Virus record (IMG/VR): IMGVR_UViG_2585427780_000001
Length of the DNA: 13,691 nucleotides
Reading direction: 5' to 3' (one strand)
From: a virus
Taxonomy: Duplodnaviria; Heunggongvirae; Uroviricota; Caudoviricetes
The notes below the pieces were generated by a model. That model was given only the letters and a program-made list of their open reading frames with translations. It was not told where the DNA came from and did no database searches. Positions 7,657 through 13,691 of the stretch are shown piece by piece; the stretch's first letter is position 1; every line of letters starts with the position of its first letter. Both the position numbers and the translations under genes were made by a program.

Positions 7657-7972
7657 TGAGTTTTACCGGCACTTCTTCTGCACTGGTTCCGGCATCTGCC
7701 CAGACAACCCCGACCAGCGGATCAGAGCCGCTGTTAGTCAACTGAACTTTTCCGGACTTCAGATAAACCTTCTTACCCGTTTTCATGTCATCCGTTTTCA
7801 GCTTAGGCAGCATAAACACACCTTCGGTCAGGCCGTCGCCTGTTTCACCCTGTGGAATATCGGTCAGCGCTACCGCAAAAACATCACCCACCTGCACCAG
7901 ATCTCCGCTGCTGATGGCTGCACTGGCAACAATCGCCACCGTTTTTCCTTCTTCTACAAAATTCTTTGCCAT
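7649..7972 (-). CDS. Small head protein of uncertain function (candidate decoration or head-stabilisation protein), 107 aa
   Basis: ORF 7649..8017. ATG at 7972-7970 (MAKNFVEEGKTV...) is preceded by GGAG 7 nt upstream. Lies directly after the capsid gene and its hairpins and before the FII-like gene. No recognisable catalytic motif. Confidence 0.6.
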   Translation of the reverse strand: MAKNFVEEGKTVAIVASAAISSGDLVQVGDVFAVALTDIPQGETGDGLTEGVFMLPKLKTDDMKTGKKVYLKSGKVQLTNSGSDPLVGVVWADAGTSAEEVPVKLNV

Positions 7973-8015
7973 AACTGTCTCCGCACAGCCCCGTTCAGGG
8001 GCTGATTTCAGGTAC

Positions 8016-8035
8016 AAAAAAAGCCCTTACGGGCC
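8016..8035 (-). terminator. Weak terminator-like hairpin after the capsid gene (GCCC-GUAA-GGGC followed by U7)
   Basis: Plus 8023-8034 gcccttacgggc preceded by aaaaaaa (8016-8022). On the minus transcript this is a 4-5 bp GC stem with a GNRA-type loop and then UUUUUUU, 23 nt after the capsid stop. A second, 7-bp hairpin (plus 7986-8004, CAGCCCC-UGAAC-GGGGCUG) follows. Confidence 0.4.
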
Positions 8036-8058
8036 ATCAGAGTTGTTGTCTGCGACGT

Positions 8059-10017
8059 TTACGCCGTACATTTCACCAGACCGCGGTGATCAACTGGCGC
8101 GACACCGGCGTCAATACGCACTTTCGTTGTCACGCCATCCACACTGAAGCCCTCCATCTGATCAATATATGGCGTATCCACACCGTTGAGATAAGCCACT
8201 TCAATCGTATCGGAGCCTTTTGACGCAGCCAGGTAGAAGGTGGTCTGGCTGTTATCATCAAGACGAGGCTCTGCAATAACGGTCGCAAAATCTTTCACCG
8301 GGTTAATAATACCGGCGTTAATGTCAGCCCCCTTGACACTTGAGGAGCGAATGACCTGGTTAGCAACAGACTCCATCGCCGTCGGTACCAGTACGAACGC
8401 AGGACGAATATTCAGATGACGCTCCCCCTCTTTCTGAACGCGCATCAACTGGCGGGCTTTATCCAGCGATGCCACGTCCATTGCAGCGCTCTCCAGTACG
8501 TTTGCATGTTTCGCTTTATCGAACAGACTTACATTATCTGTGGAGATTTTCGGGTTAGACGTCAGAATGGCATAAACCAGATCGGCAATAGTGGATTTCG
8601 CCGCACGGCCCAACTTCATCGGGACATCGGTCAGCATATTCAGATAATCATTGATAATGGCCTGACGGGTGATACTGAACAGCTCGCCATAGGTCGCCAG
8701 TGCAATAGTGGCCTGTTTATCTCCGGTGGTGACGTATTTATATTCCGCCCCTTCACGCACCTGACGCAGAGCACTGAAGCCCCCCATACCCACACGATGG
8801 GCAATTTTAAAATCAGACAACTGACCTGTCCGCGTCCACTGTTCATAGGTTTCAGGGGCATCTTCCCAGCCCTGCAGAATGGCTTTGTTCGCAACATCCA
8901 GCAGAATATTACCGAAGTCAGACGTACTGTGTGTGAACGCCGCACCGACCATCTGCATCGGGTTATAACTGGAAACCCCAATACCCCGTTCAGTCAGTGA
9001 CATACGGGCATATTCACGCAGGGTCATCCCGTTGTAGACATTATCACGTTCGGTTTTTTCAAATCCGGCACGCGCCATCAGCGCCTGGCGGATCCCGTCC
9101 CCCACAAAATTACCGTTACCGGCATAAATATGAGCCGGGGGATTTTTATTGGATGGCGTGGACTCGCGCCCCATCTCGTTCAACAGCTTTTCGCGGGCCT
9201 GCTCCAGCGAACATTCAGGATCGGCAAGACACTGAGCCTGCAGCGTCTGATAACGCCCGCCAAACATGGCAAACAGATCATTAATACCGTTTACACGCGC
9301 TTTTTGCTCTGCCAGTACCTGCGCACGGATGCTGTTTTCATCCACCACGGGTGCTGCTGCCTGCACTGGCGTCCGGGAGGCTTCAGGTTCATTATCCTGT
9401 ACGCGTGGAGCACTGTTGCGTGGCGGAGTAATCATGTTTCGAATGGATTCCGGCATCTTTTTAAATTCCTCTGTACGTTTTGACTGAATACATGCCATTG
9501 CCTTAACGGCTGGCGTTACCTGATCAGCAAATCCATGTGCCAGACATTCGGCACCGGACATCCAGGTCTCATCCGCCAGCATGGCAGCAATTTCATCGGT
9601 GGTTTTCCCGGTTTTCTGTGCATAAGCGGGTAACAGAACCGCCTCAACTTTATCGAGCAGGTCGGCATAGGTGCGCATGTCCTCCGCATCACCGCCCGTA
9701 AAGCCAAATGGTTTATGAATCATCATGAAGGTGTTTTCCGGCATAATGACCGGGTTTCCCACCATCGCAATGACCGACGCCATTGATGCCGCCACACCGT
9801 CGACATAAACGGTAATGGACGCACCATGTGTTTTCAGCGCATTAAAAATGGCGATGCCTTCAAAGACATCGCCACCCGGTGAATTGATATGGAGATTAAT
9901 GTGGGTGATATCGCCCAGTGCATTCAGATCACTGATAAACTGCTTCGCTGTAACACCCCAGAAACCAATCTCGTCATAAATATAAATATCCGCGTCACTC
10001 TGGTGACCAGCCTGCAT
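8059..10017 (-). CDS. Fused prohead protease (ClpP-like) - scaffold - major capsid protein, about 652 aa
   Basis: ORF 8059..10278. The first ATG after the portal stop is at 10017-10015 (MQAGHQSDADIYIYDEIGFWG...); earlier in-frame starts would overlap the portal gene out of frame. The N-terminal part looks ClpP-like (INSPGGDVFEGIAIFNA...ASMASVIAM), the middle is Ala/Gln/Glu-rich, and the C-terminal half looks like a phage major capsid protein. Confidence 0.85.
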   Translation of the reverse strand: MQAGHQSDADIYIYDEIGFWGVTAKQFISDLNALGDITHINLHINSPGGDVFEGIAIFNALKTHGASITVYVDGVAASMASVIAMVGNPVIMPENTFMMIHKPFGFTGGDAEDMRTYADLLDKVEAVLLPAYAQKTGKTTDEIAAMLADETWMSGAECLAHGFADQVTPAVKAMACIQSKRTEEFKKMPESIRNMITPPRNSAPRVQDNEPEASRTPVQAAAPVVDENSIRAQVLAEQKARVNGINDLFAMFGGRYQTLQAQCLADPECSLEQAREKLLNEMGRESTPSNKNPPAHIYAGNGNFVGDGIRQALMARAGFEKTERDNVYNGMTLREYARMSLTERGIGVSSYNPMQMVGAAFTHSTSDFGNILLDVANKAILQGWEDAPETYEQWTRTGQLSDFKIAHRVGMGGFSALRQVREGAEYKYVTTGDKQATIALATYGELFSITRQAIINDYLNMLTDVPMKLGRAAKSTIADLVYAILTSNPKISTDNVSLFDKAKHANVLESAAMDVASLDKARQLMRVQKEGERHLNIRPAFVLVPTAMESVANQVIRSSSVKGADINAGIINPVKDFATVIAEPRLDDNSQTTFYLAASKGSDTIEVAYLNGVDTPYIDQMEGFSVDGVTTKVRIDAGVAPVDHRGLVKCTA

Positions 10018-10063
10018 CCTGAACCAGGAATTATTCTTCGGACTGGTCGTCGGTGTACTGCGG

Positions 10064-11539
10064 CTACTGTCGTTTCGTTGCGGCACTGCTGCCTCCTTTA
10101 TCACTGGCCGGATCGGTATCAAATACCAGGTCCAGCTTGCGGTTTTCATCAATTTCGGCCTTGCGCCGACGTTTGACATCATCCGGATTACGACCACCTG
10201 CACGTACCCAGTCTGATTCTGTCGCCGCTCCACCACGAATCTGGATTTTCCAGGCCTCAGCCTCCTTAACAGGGTCAATCCACGGCATCACCGGTCCGGA
10301 ATACACCGCGGTATACAGTGAAGAACGGTCAAGATCGCGGGGTAGCCTGATAACACCGGATGCCACAGCCTGTTTCAGCCAGGCACGATACATCGGGCGG
10401 GTGACGGCACCAATAAACCAGTCCTGCAGGATCAGGTAGCCATCAGTGGATTCAACCAGCTCCTGACGCTGGGCGCTGTAAGTGCCGTTATAGTTGCGCG
10501 CTGTACTGGAAAAACTCAGACGACTGCCCGCCGCCACGGCACGCAACTGAGCATTACGAAAAGTTTCAAGGTTAGGATTTGGGCGATCCGACTTCACCAT
10601 TCCGATTTCTTCGCCGGGTTTCAGATCGTCGTAAATAATGCCTGGCTGAATGGTAAGCTCGCGTTCATTCTCCTTGCTGTCATTACCATCCGTTTCATAG
10701 CTCTGTCCGTCGCCTTTGCGGATGTACATCCCCAGAGCAGCGGCGACCCTTGCTGCAGTCAGCTCAGAATCTTCATACTCTTTCAGGGCGCTGAGGCGGA
10801 TCAGCACACCGGACAATAAAGACGTCCCGCGCATCTGGTGCAGACGGCGAACAAATTTAAGATGCAGCATTCGCTCTGCATCCACTTCTTTGGTTTCCAT
10901 CTGCCGTCCGGATACAGGACGACTTTTATACACCAGATATTTTTCGGGACGCCCCCAGTCATCAACAAACACGCCCTGATTCAGCCTGTTGCTCTCATCA
11001 CTGGTCATGGGAATAAAGTCCGGCTCGAGCGCCTCCAGCCAGAAATGAACACCGGCAGAAGGCGTCAGGCTGTTTATGCGCCCGGAAACCATCTGGGCAA
11101 ACACCTCACCATCGCGCAGCCAGGTACGAAGCATCAGACGTTCCAGCATCGGACGGGTAAACTGCCCGGTGACTTCCGGGCTGACAGACCATTCACTCCA
11201 TCGGGTGCGAATCTCCGCAGCCAGGTCACGGGCAATGGCCCCATTGCGTAATACCGGATGTGGCTCGACAATAATCCCGTTTTTCCCCACCACCCGTTCT
11301 TCCAGCTTGTCAAATACACCAATAACCAGATCGTGGTTGTTATCAAGGTAACGGGCCTGCTCACGTAACGACACGGCCCCGTACTGGCTTAACTGGTCGG
11401 CAGTTCGGTTCTCCCGTCGGGCTTTGTGTGTCCGCGTCGTTTTTACGGCCTCATAAGCCTGGATCACCGCACGGGAACGCAGCCTTGCCGCTTTCCATCC
11501 TGGTGAAAAAACGCCAATCACATCATCAAGAATTGCCAT
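10064..11539 (-). CDS. Portal protein, about 491 aa
   Basis: ORF 10064..11611. ATG at 11539-11537 overlaps the W stop (TGATG) and has GAGG 5 nt upstream. Size and position between the W-like gene and the protease-capsid gene are those of a lambdoid portal; the start codon is uncertain (11611 is possible). Confidence 0.8.
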   Translation of the reverse strand: MAILDDVIGVFSPGWKAARLRSRAVIQAYEAVKTTRTHKARRENRTADQLSQYGAVSLREQARYLDNNHDLVIGVFDKLEERVVGKNGIIVEPHPVLRNGAIARDLAAEIRTRWSEWSVSPEVTGQFTRPMLERLMLRTWLRDGEVFAQMVSGRINSLTPSAGVHFWLEALEPDFIPMTSDESNRLNQGVFVDDWGRPEKYLVYKSRPVSGRQMETKEVDAERMLHLKFVRRLHQMRGTSLLSGVLIRLSALKEYEDSELTAARVAAALGMYIRKGDGQSYETDGNDSKENERELTIQPGIIYDDLKPGEEIGMVKSDRPNPNLETFRNAQLRAVAAGSRLSFSSTARNYNGTYSAQRQELVESTDGYLILQDWFIGAVTRPMYRAWLKQAVASGVIRLPRDLDRSSLYTAVYSGPVMPWIDPVKEAEAWKIQIRGGAATESDWVRAGGRNPDDVKRRRKAEIDENRKLDLVFDTDPASDKGGSSAATKRQ

Positions 11540-11751
11540 CAGAACCTCGCCAGCCGATACCCGGGATGCCCCCGTCGTCGTGTAATCAGAGCCGCAAGGC
11601 GGCGCTCCCACTCCTGCCGTCCCTGCCTGATCTCAGATAAGTTTTCCATGGTCATCTGCTGACCATTAAAGGTGACGGATTTTCCGTCCAGCACCGCCAT
11701 TTCAGCTTCCGTATAACGCTGAATCATGGCTTCGATATCATTCTGGTTCAT
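11539..11751 (-). CDS. W: Head-tail joining protein, gpW-like, about 70 aa
   Basis: ORF 11539..11757. ATG at 11751-11749 forms an ATGA overlap with the terminase stop and has GGAGG 6 nt upstream; the ATG at 11757 has the SD abutting it. Size and position (terminase then W then portal) match lambda W. Confidence 0.7.
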   Translation of the reverse strand: MNQNDIEAMIQRYTEAEMAVLDGKSVTFNGQQMTMENLSEIRQGRQEWERRLAALITRRRGHPGYRLARF

Positions 11752-13371
11752 AACCATCCTCCGGAAGTCAGCCAGGGGTTAACATCGTCAGTTACTGTTT
11801 TCTTCCGTTTTTGTTTTTTAACAGGCGTGGATACCGGTTCCGGTGAGGATGACGGTTCGGTACTGTCCGGGACACACTCCAGCCAGGTTTCCCGGCTCGC
11901 CCACTCCGGTGCATCCGGCCAGCGGATCTTTTCGTATCCATGCAGAATGACCAGAGCCTCGGCATACACCATCAGGTCAAAAGCTTCGTTGGCACCGCGA
12001 CCCGGCTTACTCCATTTCCCGTCACTGCTCCGCTCTTCATACGTCAGTTCGTCGTAAAACCAGCTCCCCAGCCAGTCAGGGAAATGCACATAGCCGGGAC
12101 CTGGCGAGTCACGCCATAACGCGTTATTCACCCGGTCTTTCAGTGCATCCGTCTGAAGAAGCCAGAGCGGCACATCACCTGCGGCCTGCGCCCGTCGGCC
12201 CGTTCGTCCGGTGTTATCAGGGAATGTACGGGGGATCAGTTTTGCGCGCCGGATGCTGTCGCCCTTAAACAGGTAAATACGTTTACCAAGGCCATCACGA
12301 CGGCAACGACGCCAGAATTTATAGGCATTATCAGTGACCCCGTCTTCACCGCCGGAGTCCACCGCCATTGCCATCAGTCGCATTTGTTGAGAAGGATCGG
12401 AGGCCAGCGGCCAGCTTTTATGAAAAACATCCGTCAGCAGGACATCCCAGTCTTCCGGATAGCTGGCCGGATCAATTCGCTGGCTCTCCCCGTCGCTGTC
12501 ACCGCGCAATGACTGCGTGATGTTGTAACGATCAATAATCCAGCGTTCGCCACGGCTGCCATAGCCCGTTACCTGAACCACAAAACGGCGATGACGTCCC
12601 GCCTGCACATCCACTGTCGCCACAAGAAAATTAACGCCATCTGGCACACTGCGGGAAGGAACTGGCTCTGCCCGCTGCTCAAGCAGTTCACTTTTTCGTT
12701 GCTCCATGCTGGCGCGGGGAAGATAAGGTAATCCCCAGTCGGTGTTGATAACCGCCCTGAGTGTTTCTTCACTTCCTGTCGCTTCATACTCCTGTTCTGC
12801 AGTCAGTAATTTGTAAACCAGTTGCGCCCAGGTCTGATACGCAGCAGCTGGCCCTTCCATCCAGAAACTGGCGATACGGGAGCGGCGCGGTTCACCGGAA
12901 ACGTTGCCGTTACAATCAATGACCTGACCTTCACGCAACCAGACTCCTGCACTATTGAGCTCACGCTTTTTCTCCGCAGTGATAATGCCGCTGCAGTGCG
13001 GGCAAAGTAGATACGCCGCCTCACTGGCTTTAAAGGGATCCGGTTCATTACGGTAGCCGGTCATGGCATCCATGGCTGGCTGAAAATATTCACCGCAGTG
13101 CGGACATGGCCAGTACCAGCGGCGGCGGTCACCACGATTGTAAAGGGAAAGAATACCAGTCGTCGGTGGCGCTTCATGAGGCGACTTACGTCGCCATTTG
13201 CTGTCGCAGATGTCACGTCCCGGCGAGCTCTCCACCAGAGTCATCCCGGCGGACATAAATGTGGTGGTACGTTTTGAGGCCAGGGAGAAACCATCACCCT
13301 CGCTGTCGATATTCTCCGGAAAACGGTCGTAATCGGTTAAGGCGACAAACCGGTAATCCGACGACGACATA
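11748..13371 (-). pseudogene. A: Terminase large subunit (gpA-like), 5'-truncated by IS1 insertion; about 540 C-terminal codons remain
   Basis: ORF 11748..13385. Contains WPCPHCGEYF (compare lambda gpA ACPHCGEEQ) about 93 codons in, which suggests roughly 135 N-terminal codons are missing. The reading frame runs directly into the IS1 terminus at 13372; the apparent start MESL is encoded inside IS1. Confidence 0.85.
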
Positions 13372-13691
13372 GGTAATGACTCCAACTTATTGATAGTGTT
13401 TTATGTTCAGATAATGCCCGATGACTTTGTCATGCAGCTCCACCGATTTTGAGAACGACAGCGACTTCCGTCCCAGCCGTGCCAGGTGCTGCCTCAGATT
13501 CAGGTTATGCCGCTCAATTCGCTGCGTATATCGCTTGCTGATTACGTGCAGCTTTCCCTTCAGGCGGGATTCATACAGCGGCCAGCCATCCGTCATCCAT
13601 ATCACCACGTCAAAGGGTGACAGCAGGCTCATAAGACGCCCCAGCGTCGCCATAGTGCGTTCACCGAATACGTGCGCAACAACCGTCTTCC
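13372..13691 (-). mobile_element. IS1 insertion sequence, partial (about 320 bp of about 768 bp; continues beyond window end)
   Basis: 13372 onward reads GGTAATGACTCCAACTTATTGATAGTGTTTTATGTTCAGATAATGCCCGATGAC..., which I recognise as the IS1 terminal inverted repeat and adjacent sequence. It contains the 3' end of insB. Confidence 0.9.
13387..13691 (-). CDS. insB: IS1 transposase InsB, 3' partial (C-terminal about 101 codons; 5' part beyond window)
   Basis: Minus-strand frame translates ...[100 protein letters not shown], matching the IS1 InsB C-terminus. The frame is open to the window edge. Confidence 0.88.
   Translation of the reverse strand, partial: KTVVAHVFGERTMATLGRLMSLLSPFDVVIWMTDGWPLYESRLKGKLHVISKRYTQRIERHNLNLRQHLARLGRKSLSFSKSVELHDKVIGHYLNIKHYQ

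Noticed and set aside
10018-10278. N-terminal extension of the protease-capsid ORF (start at 10278, 10182 or 10149)
   Set aside because: The extension overlaps the 3' end of the portal gene out of frame and its translation (MTLLRRLRPGKSRF...) is Arg-rich junk. The ATG at 10017 lies just after the portal stop and immediately before the ClpP-like region.
11540-11611. Longer portal start at 11611 (MGAPPCGSDYTTTG...)
   Set aside because: It would overlap the W gene by 72 nt. The ATG at 11539 overlaps the W stop in a classic coupling arrangement with an upstream GAGG. Not fully excluded.
13372-13385. MESLP as the native N-terminus of the 545-aa terminase ORF
   Set aside because: These codons are encoded by the IS1 inverted repeat; the native terminase N-terminus has been displaced beyond the insertion.
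1-13691. Search for CRISPR arrays, tRNA or other RNA genes, and defense or cargo genes
   Set aside because: No direct-repeat and spacer periodicity, no obvious tRNA-like structure, and no intergenic gap over about 90 nt on the coding strand. Every substantial ORF is accounted for by phage structural genes or IS1.

Overview
This window is the virion morphogenesis (late) module of a lambdoid prophage, with every real gene on the minus strand. Reading right to left it runs from an IS1-truncated terminase large subunit, through head genes, to a lambda-type tail module ending in a partial gene I. The head genes are non-lambda in type: a W-like protein, the portal, a single fused protease-scaffold-major capsid gene of the kind described for Salmonella phage Gifsy-2, a small head protein and an FII-like protein. 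The tail genes follow lambda order and sizes (Z, U, V, G, G-T frameshift, H, M, L, K, I). Two lesions suggest the prophage is defective: the IS1 end at 13372 that cuts off the 5' part of the terminase gene, and an in-frame TAG at 4501-4503 inside the tape measure gene H. Other points worth checking are a variant G/GT frameshift heptamer, terminator-like hairpins after the major tail and capsid genes, and a K reading frame 48 codons longer than the lambda annotation. Genes are tightly packed, with no inserted cargo, defense, tRNA or CRISPR features. I found no evidence of a novel multi-gene system. All homology statements rest on reading the translations and on remembered lambda protein sequences and sizes, not on database searches.
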